From Pyrinomonadaceae bacterium (GTDB lineage Bacteria > Acidobacteriota > Blastocatellia > Pyrinomonadales > Pyrinomonadaceae): a stretch of DNA of 64,000 nt. The translations under genes and the position numbers were made by a program. Within the stretch, counting starts at the first letter, position 1. Each line of letters starts with the position of its first letter. Below, piece by piece: positions 31,745 to 41,469 of this stretch. Where the stretch lies: positions 17,845-81,844 of the forward strand of contig DASVTS010000050.1 of the NCBI GenBank assembly GCA_036387455.1, read 5' to 3'. Under the pieces are notes generated by a model. That model saw nothing but the letters and a program-made list of their open reading frames with translations, ran no database searches and was not told the origin of the DNA.

Positions 31745-33454
31745 ATGAGAGTGACGCTTCATTTTTGCGCGCTGGCGACGGCGCTGTGCGTGCTGGCGCC
31801 GACGTTGGCCGCGGCCCGGCAGGGGGGAGGCGGGGCGCAGTCGGGCGAGCTGGCCGAGCTGAACGCGAAGATTCGCCGGTTCGCGCCGACGGTCATCACG
31901 GCCGACACCTCGCGCCTCTCGGCGGGCGACCGCCGGGCGCTCCAAAAAATCGTCGAGGCCGCGCGGCTGCTCGACCCGCTCTTCCTGAGTCAGGTCTGGA
32001 GCGGCAACGTCGCGCTCGAAAAGCGGCTCGAAGCCGATCGCACCCCGCTCGGCCGCGCGCGCCTGCACTACTTCCGGCTCAACGACGGCCCCTGGTCGCA
32101 ACTCGACGAGAACGTCGCCTTCCTGCCCGGCGTCCCGCGCGAGAAGCCCGAGACGGCCGCGCACTACCCAGACGACATGACCAAGCAGGAGTTCGAGGCG
32201 TGGGTGGCGACGCTCCCCGAGCCGGAGAAGAAGAAGGCGACCGGCTTCTTCTGGGCCGTCAGGCGCGACGCGGCGGGCAAGCTCAAGCTCGTGCCCTACA
32301 GCCAGGAGTACCGGCCGTTCCTCGTCCCGGCCGCGACGCTGCTGCAACAGGCCGCGGGGCTGACGACGAACCCGACGCTCAAGGACTTCCTCCTGAAGCG
32401 CGCCAAAGCCTTCCTCAGCGACGACTACTACGAGTCGGACGTGGCCTGGATGGATTTGGACGCGCCGATTGACGTGACCATCGGGCCTTACGAGACCTAT
32501 TCGGACGGACTTTTCGGCTACAAGGCGGCGTTCGAGGCTTACGTCACGCTGCGCGACGAGGCCGAGTCGCAGAAGCTGGCGCGCTTCGGCGGCCTGTTGC
32601 AGGACCTTGAGAACAACCTGCCGGTTGACCCGCGCTACCGCAACCCGAAGCTCGGCGCGGCGGCGCCCATCCGCGTCGTCAACGTCGTCTACTCGTCGGG
32701 CGAGGGCAACTCGGGCGTGCAGACGGCGGCCTTCAACCTGCCGAACGACGAGCACGTCATCAAGGAGAAGGGCTCGAAGCGCGTGATGCTCAAGAACGTG
32801 CAGGAGGCGAAGTTCCGGAAGACGCTCGTGCCCATCTCGCGCGTCGTGCTCTCGGCGGCGCAGCAGCGCGACGTCTCCTTCGACGCCTTCTTCACGCACG
32901 TCCTCGCGCACGAGCTGATGCACGGGCTCGGGCCGCACACCATCACGGTCGGCGGGCGCGAGACGAGCGTGCGCAAGGAGCTGAAGGACGCCTACTCGGC
33001 CGTCGAGGAGGCGAAGGCGGACGTGACGGGCCTCTGGGCCTTGCAGCACCTCATCGACAAGGGCGCGCTCGACCGCGGGCTTGAGCGGACGCTCTACACG
33101 ACGTTCCTCGCCAGCGCCTTCCGCTCGGTGCGCTTCGGCATCAAGGAGGCGCACGGCAAGGGCATCGCGCTCCAGTTCAACTACCTGACCGACGAGGGCG
33201 CCATCAAGTTCGACGCCGCGACGGGGACGTTCTCGGTCGTGCCCGAGCGCGTCAAGGAGGCGGTGCGCAAGCTCACACACGACCTGCTCACGCTCGAAGC
33301 CGAGGGCTCTTACGACGGCGCGCAGGCGATGCTGGCGAAGTACGGCGTCGTCCGGCCCGAGATGCAGGGCGCGCTCGAACGCCTGAAGGACGTGCCCGTG
33401 GACATCGAGCCGAGCTACCCGCTCGCGGCCGCGCCGCGCCGCGCGGGCCGCTGA
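31745..33454 (+). CDS. secreted zinc metallopeptidase, dipeptidyl-peptidase III (M49)-like
   Basis: 569 aa with a signal peptide. The zinc motifs VLAHELMHGLGPH (HExxH) and VEEAKADVTG (EExxAD) match the two-motif arrangement of M49-like enzymes. Confidence 0.6.
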   Translation: MRVTLHFCALATALCVLAPTLAAARQGGGGAQSGELAELNAKIRRFAPTVITADTSRLSAGDRRALQKIVEAARLLDPLFLSQVWSGNVALEKRLEADRTPLGRARLHYFRLNDGPWSQLDENVAFLPGVPREKPETAAHYPDDMTKQEFEAWVATLPEPEKKKATGFFWAVRRDAAGKLKLVPYSQEYRPFLVPAATLLQQAAGLTTNPTLKDFLLKRAKAFLSDDYYESDVAWMDLDAPIDVTIGPYETYSDGLFGYKAAFEAYVTLRDEAESQKLARFGGLLQDLENNLPVDPRYRNPKLGAAAPIRVVNVVYSSGEGNSGVQTAAFNLPNDEHVIKEKGSKRVMLKNVQEAKFRKTLVPISRVVLSAAQQRDVSFDAFFTHVLAHELMHGLGPHTITVGGRETSVRKELKDAYSAVEEAKADVTGLWALQHLIDKGALDRGLERTLYTTFLASAFRSVRFGIKEAHGKGIALQFNYLTDEGAIKFDAATGTFSVVPERVKEAVRKLTHDLLTLEAEGSYDGAQAMLAKYGVVRPEMQGALERLKDVPVDIEPSYPLAAAPRRAGR

Positions 33455-33627
33455 AGGGGCGCGTCAGAGTACGCGCGCGCACGGACTCCGGCGCGCGCCT
33501 TCCCGTATAATCGCCCGAATCGAAACATGGACTGATTTGGTCGGGCGACTCGGGCGGGGAATCCTTCCGGCCGGGCGCGTTTCCGCCCCGGACGAAGGCC
33601 GGGGCGCTTCGGGCTTCGGGAGGGAAC

Positions 33628-34218
33628 ATGAGAAGGAGAAGGTTAGGCTTTCTGGCGTGTGTGCTCTGCCTCGTCGCGGCGTCCGCGGAGGTGGCGGAGG
33701 CTCAGGCGTTGTGGCAGTACGTGCAGGGGCAGGCCGTCGGCATCGGCGGGCGGCGCGCCGGCCTGAACCGGCCGTTCTCGTTGCAGATTAACAACCTTAC
33801 GTCGCCGGACGACGTGGCGCAGCTCAACCAGGCTTTGCGCGGCGGCGGGCAGGACGAGCTGCTGCGCACGCTCTCGCGGCTCAACGCCGGGCGGGTCACG
33901 GTCGGCAACAACGTCGGCGTGAGGGCGAACGCCATCATCGCGTCGCCGACGGCCGAGGGCGGGACGAAGCTGACCGTGCTCTACGAGCGCGACGTCGCCA
34001 TCTTCGAGCGGCGCTACGGGACGCGCTCGGCCGACTACCGCTTCGGCTACGCGGAAATCTTCCTCGACGCCCGCGGGCGCGGGCAGGGGACTTTCATCCC
34101 GGCGGCGAAGGTCAAGCTGGAGGGCGACAACAACTGGGTCGTGGAAGATTTCGGCGAGTTCCCGGCGCGTCTGATGGGCGTGCGCGCGCGCGGCAACCCG
34201 GTCGGCGGCGCCCGCTGA
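33628..34218 (+). CDS. hypothetical secreted protein
   Basis: 196 aa with signal peptide MRRRRLGFLACVLCLVAASAEVAEA and a GGGAGGG RBS upstream. No family was recognised. Confidence 0.55.
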   Translation: MRRRRLGFLACVLCLVAASAEVAEAQALWQYVQGQAVGIGGRRAGLNRPFSLQINNLTSPDDVAQLNQALRGGGQDELLRTLSRLNAGRVTVGNNVGVRANAIIASPTAEGGTKLTVLYERDVAIFERRYGTRSADYRFGYAEIFLDARGRGQGTFIPAAKVKLEGDNNWVVEDFGEFPARLMGVRARGNPVGGAR

Positions 34219-34257
34219 AGGCGAGTTCGGGGAGCCCGCGGGCTCCGCTTACGTGAA

Positions 34258-34290
34258 GAAGGGCGTGTCTCCCGGCGAGACACGCCCTTC
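34258..34290. terminator. bidirectional terminator-like hairpin between convergent genes
   Basis: GAAGGGCGTGTCTC (34258-34271) pairs perfectly with GAGACACGCCCTTC (34277-34290) across a 5-nt loop. A separate 16-nt perfect palindrome GGAGCCCGCGGGCTCC lies at 34231-34246. Confidence 0.6.
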
Positions 34291-34319
34291 CTCCGTTGTA
34301 ACGTGGCGCCGGGCGGCGC

Positions 34320-34946
34320 TTAGAAAATCTTCCTCCAGGTGCGCTTGAACCAGTTGCCGGTCTTCTTGGCGCCCTTGGCGGCGGCGTCGCCGACGTCCTC
34401 GGCCTTGTCGCCGACCTCGTTGACGCCCTTCTTCGCACCGCGCGCGGCGACCTTCGCGCCCTTGGCCGTCTGGTCGCCGACGTCCTCGGCCTTGTCGGCC
34501 GTCACGGCGCCGACCTTCTTGCCGGTTTTGACGGTCTTGTCGCCCACGTCTTCGGCCTTGTCGCCGACCTCGCTGCCCACGGCCTTACCGGTGTCCACCG
34601 CCTTATCGCCGACGTCTTCGGCCTTGTCGCCGACCTCGTTCACGCCCTTCTTCGTCGCGTGACCGGCCGCCTTCGCCCCGTCCACCGTGGCGTCCTTCAC
34701 GTCGCCGGCCACGTCGCCGGCCTTGTCGCCGACGTCCTCGGCCTTGTCCGCGGCCTCGGAGCCGACCTTCTTGGTGCCCTTCGCCGTCTTCTTCGCGCCC
34801 TTGACGGTCGCGTCCTTGACGTCCTCGGCCTTGTCGCCGACCTGCTGCCCGGCCGACTTCGTCTGTTCCGTTACGCTCTTGTCCTGTGCCGCCGCGCCGG
34901 CCACGAGCGCCAGCGAGAACAGGAACGATGCCAAAAGTTTACGCAT
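34320..34946 (-). CDS. secreted repetitive protein with about seven GDKAEDVGD-type repeats (LEA/stress-protein-like composition)
   Basis: 208 aa with signal peptide MRKLLASFLFSLALVAGAAAQ. The motif (V)GDKAEDV(G/K)D recurs, interleaved with Lys/Gly/Ala segments. GGGAGG lies 9 nt upstream of the ATG. Confidence 0.7.
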   Translation of the reverse strand: MRKLLASFLFSLALVAGAAAQDKSVTEQTKSAGQQVGDKAEDVKDATVKGAKKTAKGTKKVGSEAADKAEDVGDKAGDVAGDVKDATVDGAKAAGHATKKGVNEVGDKAEDVGDKAVDTGKAVGSEVGDKAEDVGDKTVKTGKKVGAVTADKAEDVGDQTAKGAKVAARGAKKGVNEVGDKAEDVGDAAAKGAKKTGNWFKRTWRKIF

Positions 34947-35067
34947 TGCCGCATGCCTCCCGTGTAGTGAACCTCTGTAGTGAAATCAGTCGTTTTCCAA
35001 CTCGTGCCGTTAGTGGTCGCAAGCAACATGCCACGGCGCCGGAAGGCGGCCCCGGCGGGACTTCCAG

Positions 35068-35093
35068 CTGACAGGGCCGGCTGACAGGGCCGG
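35068..35093. repeat. perfect tandem duplication of a 13-nt unit upstream of the EamA gene
   Basis: CTGACAGGGCCGG occurs at 35068-35080 and again at 35081-35093. Confidence 0.8.
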
Positions 35094-35119
35094 GCGGGGC
35101 TGCTATCTTTCTGTGCGGA

Positions 35120-36040
35120 ATGAAAAGCCCCGAAAGGTCGGCGCGCGCGGAGGGCGAGGGCGGGCGCGCGTACCTCTTTATGCTCCTCAGCTCGCTGGCC
35201 TTCGCCTCGATGGGCGCCCTCAGCCACCTCGCGGGCGAGCGCTGCGACTGGCACCTCGTCGCCGTCGCGCGCGGCTCGCTCGCGTTCCTCTTCACGCTCG
35301 CGCTCTCGCTCTCGGCGGGCGTCCGGCTCGTCCTCTTCCGCCCGGCGCTGCTCTGGGTGCGGAGCGTGGCGGGGAGCCTCGGCGTCCTCTTCGCCTTCTA
35401 CGCGCTGACGCATCTGCCGGTCTCGACGGCGCTGACGCTCTCGAACACCGTCCCCGTCTGGGTGACGCTGCTGGCGTGGCCGGTGCTCGGGCAGAGGCCG
35501 CGCGCGGCCGTCTGGGGCGCGGTGGCGACGGGGCTGGCCGGGATAGTTTTGATTCAGAGGCCGGAGGCGGGCGGCGACCGCCTGGCGGCCGGGCTCGCGC
35601 TGGCGAACGCGCTCTCGACTTCCGTTTCGATGATCGGCCTGAACCGTCTGGGCGGCGTGGACGCGCGGGCGGTCGTCACGCACTTCTCGGGCGTGGCGAC
35701 GGTCTTCACAATCGGCTTCATGCTGCTCTCGGGCGGGCGCGTTGACTACGCGCCGCTGGGCGACGCGCGGACGCTCGCGCTGCTCGTCGGCGTCGGGCTC
35801 TCGGCGACCGTCGGCCAGCTGGCGATGACGCGCGCCTTCGCGCTCGGAAACCCCTCGCGCGTCTCGGTCGTCGGGCTGATGCAGATTGTCTTCGCGCTCG
35901 GCTTCGACCTCCTCTTCTGGCAACGACACTTCAGCCCGCCCGTCGTCCTCGGCATCGCCCTCGTCGTCGCCCCCTCCGCCTGGCTCCTGCTCCGCTCCCC
36001 GCTGAGAAGGCAGACCGCGGCCGTCCACACGACGGGCTGA
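35120..36040 (+). CDS. EamA/DMT-family transporter
   Basis: 306 aa with about 10 hydrophobic helices and two EamA-like halves. Confidence 0.75.
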   Translation: MKSPERSARAEGEGGRAYLFMLLSSLAFASMGALSHLAGERCDWHLVAVARGSLAFLFTLALSLSAGVRLVLFRPALLWVRSVAGSLGVLFAFYALTHLPVSTALTLSNTVPVWVTLLAWPVLGQRPRAAVWGAVATGLAGIVLIQRPEAGGDRLAAGLALANALSTSVSMIGLNRLGGVDARAVVTHFSGVATVFTIGFMLLSGGRVDYAPLGDARTLALLVGVGLSATVGQLAMTRAFALGNPSRVSVVGLMQIVFALGFDLLFWQRHFSPPVVLGIALVVAPSAWLLLRSPLRRQTAAVHTTG

Positions 36041-36053
36041 GTTAAGAGGAATC

Positions 36054-36139
36054 AGCCACGGAGACACAGAGGCACAGAGAATTAGAAAGGGAATGTCTTA
36101 AACCCTTCCTAACTTCTGTGCCTCTGTGTCTCCGTGGCT
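36054..36139. repeat. long hairpin (25-bp perfect core) between convergent EamA and leuS stops
   Basis: AGCCACGGAGACACAGAGGCACAGA (36054-36078) pairs perfectly with TCTGTGCCTCTGTGTCTCCGTGGCT (36115-36139). The stem extends imperfectly (GAATTAGAAAGGG / CCCTTCCTAACT). The arm contains ACACAGAG and GCACAGAG in tandem. Confidence 0.8.
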
Positions 36140-36151
36140 AATCTTCCCGCG

Positions 36152-38809
36152 CTAACGCACCACGACGTTGACGAGGCGGCCGGGGACGACGACCGTCTTG
36201 ACTATCTGCTTGCCCTCCGTCCAGCCGCGGACGCGCTCGTCGGCCAACGCCGCGGCTCGCGTCTCCTCTTCGGAGGCGGAGGCGGGGACGTTGACGCGGC
36301 CGCGCAGCTTGCCGTTGACCTGGACGGCTATCTCCACCTCGTCCTTGCGCGCCAGCGCCTCGTCGAACGTGGGCCAGCGTGCGCCGCTGCGCAGGAGGCC
36401 GCCCTCGTGGCCCAGCGCCTCCCACAGCTCCTCGGACAGGTGCGGCGTCAGGGGCGCCAGCATCAGCACCATCGCCTCCAGCGACTCGCGCACGGCGAAC
36501 AGCTCCGACGCGTGGGCCGAAGCGGGCTGCGCCCTGAAGTCGCCCAGCACGTTCGCCAGCTCCATCATCGCCGCCACCGCCGTGTTGTAGCGCAGGCCCT
36601 CGAAGTCGTTCGTCACGCGCTCAATCGTCCGGTGCGTCTCGTGCCGCAGGCCGCGCGCCGCGGGCGTGGGCTCGACGGCCGCGTCCGGCGTGGCGTCGCG
36701 CAGGGCGTCGCGCCAGCGGTAGACGAACGAGTAGACGCGGCGCAGGAAGCGCAGGGAGCCCTCGATGCCGGCCTCCTGCCAGCGCAGGTCGTTCTCGACC
36801 GGCGCGGCGAAGAGGACGAACAGCCGCGCGGCGTCCGCGCCGTAGGCCCCAATCATCTCGTTCGGGTCCACGCCGTTGTTCTTCGACTTGCCCATCTTCT
36901 CGAACGGCCCGACCGCGACGGGCTGGCCGTCGGCGGCGCTCGCCGCCTCGCGGACGCGCCCCTTCTCGTCGCGCACCACGTCCACGTCCGAGGGGTTGAA
37001 GTAGACCTTCGAGCCCGGCTCCTCGCCCTCGCGGTAGAAGGTCTCGGCGACGACCATGCCCTGCGTCATCAGGCGCCTGACCGGCTCGTTGAACTCGACC
37101 AGCCCCACGTCGCGCATGAACTTCGTCCAGAAGCGCGTGTAGAGCAGGTGCATCACCGCGTGCTCGACGCCGCCGATGTACTGGTCGACGGGCGTCCAGT
37201 AGGCGGCCTGCTCGCGGCCGAAGGGCGCCGCCGCGTTCTGCGGGTCGCAGTAGCGGAAGAAGTACCACGACGAGTCGACGAACGTGTCCATCGTGTCCGT
37301 CTCGCGCCGCGCGGGCCCGTGGCACTTCGGGCAGGCCGTGTTGACGAACTCGGGGACGCCGGCCAGCGGCGACTGCCCCGCGCCGGTGAACTCCGCGCGC
37401 TCGGGCAGCAGCACGGGCAGGTCGGACTCGGGCACGGGCACCACCCCGCACGCGTCGCAGTAGACGATGGGGATGGGCGCGCCCCAGAATCGCTGGCGCG
37501 AGACGCCCCAGTCGCGCAGGCGGTAGGTCGTGGCGCGCTCGCCGAAGCCGCGCGCCTCGGCGAACTCGGCCATCTCGCGCAGGGCGTCCTCGGAGAGCCG
37601 CCCGCTCCAGTCGCCCGAGCTGACCAGGATGCCGTACTCGGTGAACGCCTCGCTCATCGCCACCGACTGGTCCTCGACTTCGGGGTCGCGCTCGGCCGGC
37701 GGCTGCTCGTGCGAGATGCGCTCGATGACGCGGCGGATGGGCAGGGAGTACTTCTGCGCGAACTCGAAGTCGCGCTCGTCGTGCGCCGGCACGCTCATCA
37801 CGGCGCCCGTGCCGTACTCGGCCAGCACGTAGTTGGCCGCCCAGACGGGGATCAGCTCGCCGCTGAAGGGGTTGACCGCCAGCAGCCCGGTGTTCATCCC
37901 CTCCTTCTCCTCCTGCGCGCCGGGGTCGCGCGCCGCGGCCCGCTCGGCGCGGACGCGCGCGGCGAAGCGGCGCACGTCCTCGCGCATCGGCGAGTGCTCG
38001 ACCAGCGGGTGGTCGGGCGCGACGACGACGGCGTTCGCGCCGTAGATGGTGTCGACGCGCGTGGTGAAGACGCGGACGCGCTCGTCCGTGTCCTTGACCT
38101 GGAAGTCAACGTAGGCGCCGGAGCTTTTCCCTATCCAGTTGCGCTGCATCGTCAGGACGCGCTCGGGCCAGCCCGCCTCTATCTCGCCCATGTCCGCCAG
38201 CAGTTGCTCGGCGTAGTCGGTGATGCGCAGGAACCACTGCTCGATGTCGCGCTTCTCGACCGCCGCGCCGCAGCGCCAGCAGACGCCGCCCGACGACTGC
38301 TCGTTCGAGAGCACGGTGCCCTCGGCCGGGCACCAGTTGACGGGCGAGACCTTCTTGTAGGCCAAGCCCCGCTCCAGCATCTTCAGGAAGAACCACTGGT
38401 CCCACCTGTAATACTCGGGCCGGTGCGCGGCCACCTCGCGCCGCCAGTCGAAGCTGAAGCCGATGCGCTTGAACTGCCCGCGCATGTGCTCGATGTTCTG
38501 CTCCGTCCAGTCGCGGGGCATCACGCCGCGCTTGATGGCTGCCTGCTCGGCCGGCTGGCCGAAGCTGTCCCAGCCCATCGGGTGCAGGACGTTGAAGCCT
38601 TGCAGGCGGCGGAACCAGGCCAGCGCGTCGCCGATGGCGTAGTTGCGCACGTGCCCCATGTGCAGGAAGCCGGAGGGGTAGGGCAGCATCTCCAGGCAGT
38701 AGAAACGCTTCTCGCGCGCGGGGTCGGCGTCGGCCTCGAACGCGCCCGACTCCTCCCAGAACTTCTGCCACTTCTCCTCGATCTTCTCGGGGAAATACTT
38801 TTCGTCCAT
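36152..38809 (-). CDS. leuS: leucine--tRNA ligase
   Basis: 885 aa with the HIGH-type motif HMGHVRNY and the KMSKS-type motif KMGKSKNN. It has class Ia LeuS length and layout. Confidence 0.95.
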   Translation of the reverse strand: MDEKYFPEKIEEKWQKFWEESGAFEADADPAREKRFYCLEMLPYPSGFLHMGHVRNYAIGDALAWFRRLQGFNVLHPMGWDSFGQPAEQAAIKRGVMPRDWTEQNIEHMRGQFKRIGFSFDWRREVAAHRPEYYRWDQWFFLKMLERGLAYKKVSPVNWCPAEGTVLSNEQSSGGVCWRCGAAVEKRDIEQWFLRITDYAEQLLADMGEIEAGWPERVLTMQRNWIGKSSGAYVDFQVKDTDERVRVFTTRVDTIYGANAVVVAPDHPLVEHSPMREDVRRFAARVRAERAAARDPGAQEEKEGMNTGLLAVNPFSGELIPVWAANYVLAEYGTGAVMSVPAHDERDFEFAQKYSLPIRRVIERISHEQPPAERDPEVEDQSVAMSEAFTEYGILVSSGDWSGRLSEDALREMAEFAEARGFGERATTYRLRDWGVSRQRFWGAPIPIVYCDACGVVPVPESDLPVLLPERAEFTGAGQSPLAGVPEFVNTACPKCHGPARRETDTMDTFVDSSWYFFRYCDPQNAAAPFGREQAAYWTPVDQYIGGVEHAVMHLLYTRFWTKFMRDVGLVEFNEPVRRLMTQGMVVAETFYREGEEPGSKVYFNPSDVDVVRDEKGRVREAASAADGQPVAVGPFEKMGKSKNNGVDPNEMIGAYGADAARLFVLFAAPVENDLRWQEAGIEGSLRFLRRVYSFVYRWRDALRDATPDAAVEPTPAARGLRHETHRTIERVTNDFEGLRYNTAVAAMMELANVLGDFRAQPASAHASELFAVRESLEAMVLMLAPLTPHLSEELWEALGHEGGLLRSGARWPTFDEALARKDEVEIAVQVNGKLRGRVNVPASASEEETRAAALADERVRGWTEGKQIVKTVVVPGRLVNVVVR

Positions 38810-39098
38810 GATGGTCTCGTGCCTTTCCTTTACCCTTACGGTAAACGACCGCCCGCGGCTTTCTCAAGCATGCCGGGGCTTAACTCAGTTTTAGTGGGTT
38901 GTCGTCAGGGGGTCGCCGCACCGCCCGCCGCGCGCGCACCGAGGGCGCGGCGCCGGCCGTGCGGCTAAGTAAGGAGGAGCTTGACTGGGTGGCCGAAACG
39001 TTTCATCAGAAACTCTGTCCCGCCTCGAAAGGTGCGCCCATGTTAGCCCAGCCGGCGCGCCGTTGTCGAATAAAAAGTCGCCCGCACGCCCCCGCCCC

Positions 39099-39356
39099 TC
39101 ACTTGACCGTGTAGGTGGTCTTCTCTTTGCCGAGGAAGTCTTTGGCGGTCTTTTTGGTGACGAGGCCGGCGTGTTCCAGCTCGAAGTAGGCGCGTTGGAC
39201 TTCGCCCTTGTCGGTGAAGAGTTTGGCGGCGAGCGTGGCGGGCGAGGGGAGCGCGTCGCCGGGGGCGAGCGTGCGCTCGCGGATGAGCGCTTCGAGCTGG
39301 CGGCGGATTTGCAGGTAGTGCGGGCCTTCGCTTCGGTCTTTCAGGCTGATGTCCAT
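39099..39356 (-). CDS. small GntR-family winged-helix regulator (HTH domain only)
   Basis: 85 aa. YLQIRRQLEALIRERTLAPGDALPSPATLAAKLFTDKGEVQRAYFELEHAGLV matches the GntR N-terminal domain. The ATG overlaps the nfo stop (ATGA at 39354-39358 region). Confidence 0.65.
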   Translation of the reverse strand: MDISLKDRSEGPHYLQIRRQLEALIRERTLAPGDALPSPATLAAKLFTDKGEVQRAYFELEHAGLVTKKTAKDFLGKEKTTYTVK

Positions 39357-40240
39357 CAGGCGGCCTCCTCTGTGGCGGGGGGGGTGACGAAAGAGCGCAG
39401 GGCTTCGAGGTTGCAGGCGTCGTCGCAGGTCTCGTCCGACGGCGTCTCAAGGAGGAACGCGGCGTGGGCGAGGCGCGGGTGCGAGGCGACGCGGCCGAGC
39501 GCCGCCGCCCCGATGTGGCCGAGGCCGATGTGCCAGTGGCGGTCGACGCGCGAGTTGTAGGCCGCCTTGGAGTCGTTGAAGTGGACGGCGAGGACGTTCT
39601 CAAGCCTGACGTTCGCGTCGAGCGCGTCGAGCGCGGCCGAGAGGCCGTCTTCGTCGCGGATGTCGTAGCCGGCGGTGAAGGCGTGCGCCGTGTCGAGGCA
39701 GACGCCGAGGTTGAGTCCCGGGCACCGCCCGCTTATCTCGCGCAGGTGCTCGAAGCGGTGGCCGATGCACTCGCCCTGCCCGGCCGTGTTCTCCAGCAGG
39801 ATGCGGAAGCCGTCGAGCGCGAGCCCGCCGCACGCCGCCTTGAGGCTTTCGGCGCAGGTGCGGATGGCGTCCGCCTCGCAGGCGCCGCGCGCGCTGCCCG
39901 GGTGGACGACGAGGAAGTCGGCGCCGAGGGCGAGGCCCCGCTCGACCTCCTCGCGGAAGGAGGCGACCGACTTTTCGCGCACGGCGGCGTCGGCGGCGGC
40001 GAGGTTGATGAGGTAGTTGGCGTGGACGGCGACGGGGCCGACGCCCGTCTCGGCGCGCACGCGCTTGAACTGCTCGACCTCCGCGTCGCCGAGCGGCTTG
40101 GCCTGCCACCCGCGCGGGTTGCGCGAGAATATCTGCACCGCGTCGGCGCCGAGAGACTGCGCCTTGAGCAGGGCGTTGTGCAGCCCGCCCGCTATCCCTG
40201 TGTGCAGCCCGATGCGCGGCCGGGCCGCGCCGTCTTTCAC
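39356..40240 (-). CDS. nfo: deoxyribonuclease IV (endonuclease IV)
   Basis: 294 aa from the GTG at 40240 (VKDGAARPRIGLHTG...). It has AP-endonuclease-2 TIM-barrel landmarks: HANYLINLA, VVHPGS, LENTAGQG and HFNDSK. The upstream 238 aa of the track ORF lie in the dipeptidase gene region and were rejected. Confidence 0.85.
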   Translation of the reverse strand: MKDGAARPRIGLHTGIAGGLHNALLKAQSLGADAVQIFSRNPRGWQAKPLGDAEVEQFKRVRAETGVGPVAVHANYLINLAAADAAVREKSVASFREEVERGLALGADFLVVHPGSARGACEADAIRTCAESLKAACGGLALDGFRILLENTAGQGECIGHRFEHLREISGRCPGLNLGVCLDTAHAFTAGYDIRDEDGLSAALDALDANVRLENVLAVHFNDSKAAYNSRVDRHWHIGLGHIGAAALGRVASHPRLAHAAFLLETPSDETCDDACNLEALRSFVTPPATEEAA

Positions 40241-40248
40241 GAGGATGC

Positions 40249-41406
40249 TCAACGCGCGGCCCTCCTCTCGACCTCTTCCATCACGCGGAGGACGTTGCCG
40301 CCTAAGATTTTCGTCACGTCGTCGGCGGTGTAGCCGCGGCGCAGCAGCTCGGCCGTCAGGTTCGGCAGGTCGGCGACGGAGGAGAGGCCGGCGGGCGTGG
40401 CCGTGATGCCGTCGAAGTCGGAGCCGAGGCCGACGTGCTCGACGCCCGTGAGCCGGACGACGCGGTCGATGTGGTCGGCGACGCGCGAGAGGGGGACGGG
40501 CGCGAGGCGGCGGGCGAACTCGCGCTCGCGCACGCGGTCGCGCGCGATGCGCCCCGAAGAGCCCGGCCCCGCGGCCCCGCGCCCGGCCTCCTCGACGAGC
40601 GGCAGAATCTCCGCCTCGACCGCCTCCTTCCGCGCCCTCCAGCCGGGTTCGAGGAAGCCCGGGTAGAAGACGGCGCAGACGACCCCGCCCGTCCGCGCGA
40701 GCGCGACGATCATCTCGTCCGTCAGGTTGCGCGGCGCGTCGGCGATGGCGCGGCAGTTCGAGTGCGTGGCGATGACGGGGGCGCCGGAGGTCTCGACGAT
40801 GTCCCAGAAGGTCCTGTCCGAGACGTGCGAGACGTCCACCATCATGCCGAGGCGGTTCATCTCGCGGACGACGGCGCGGCCGAACTCGCTCAGGCCCCGC
40901 GACTCGCCCTCGGCGTCGCCGGAGGAGCCGGCCCACGGCAGGCTGTGCGTCCACGTCGGCGTCATGTAGCGGACGCCGCGGCGGAAGTAGTGCTCGACCC
41001 GCTCCAGCTTCTCGTCAATCGCGTAGCCGCCTTCGAGCCCGAGGAGCGCGGCGAGCTTGCCCTCGGCGGCGGCGCGGCGGACGTCCTCGGCCGTGGTGGC
41101 GAGCGTCCAGACTTCGGGGTGATTCTCGGCGAGCGCTCGGACGGCGGCGACCTGCGCGTCGGCGCGCGCGACGGCGCGCTCGCCGCCCAGCCCGTAGAAC
41201 TCGGGCTCGACCCAGACGGAGAAGAACTGCGCGTCGAGCCCGCCCTCGCGCATCCGCACGGCGTCGAGGTGCGTCGTGGCGACGCGCCCGGTGATGTCCG
41301 CGCCCTCGTCCACGACGAACTGCACGGTGTCGGCGTGCATGTCCACGGCGACGGCGCGGCGGTGAATCGAGAGCGCGTCGCGGCTCGGAGTTTCGTCTGC
41401 GCCCAA
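40249..41406 (-). CDS. membrane dipeptidase (peptidase family M19)
   Basis: 385 aa with a TTG start. The metal-site landmarks are VDMHADT, DVSHVSD and ATHSNCRA. Confidence 0.8.
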   Translation of the reverse strand: MGADETPSRDALSIHRRAVAVDMHADTVQFVVDEGADITGRVATTHLDAVRMREGGLDAQFFSVWVEPEFYGLGGERAVARADAQVAAVRALAENHPEVWTLATTAEDVRRAAAEGKLAALLGLEGGYAIDEKLERVEHYFRRGVRYMTPTWTHSLPWAGSSGDAEGESRGLSEFGRAVVREMNRLGMMVDVSHVSDRTFWDIVETSGAPVIATHSNCRAIADAPRNLTDEMIVALARTGGVVCAVFYPGFLEPGWRARKEAVEAEILPLVEEAGRGAAGPGSSGRIARDRVREREFARRLAPVPLSRVADHIDRVVRLTGVEHVGLGSDFDGITATPAGLSSVADLPNLTAELLRRGYTADDVTKILGGNVLRVMEEVERRAAR

Positions 41407-41469
41407 GTTGACCCCTTGACTCGTAGAAGCTCGGCGTACCTTTCGCGCCAGTATAGCGCGCGGGGCGGT

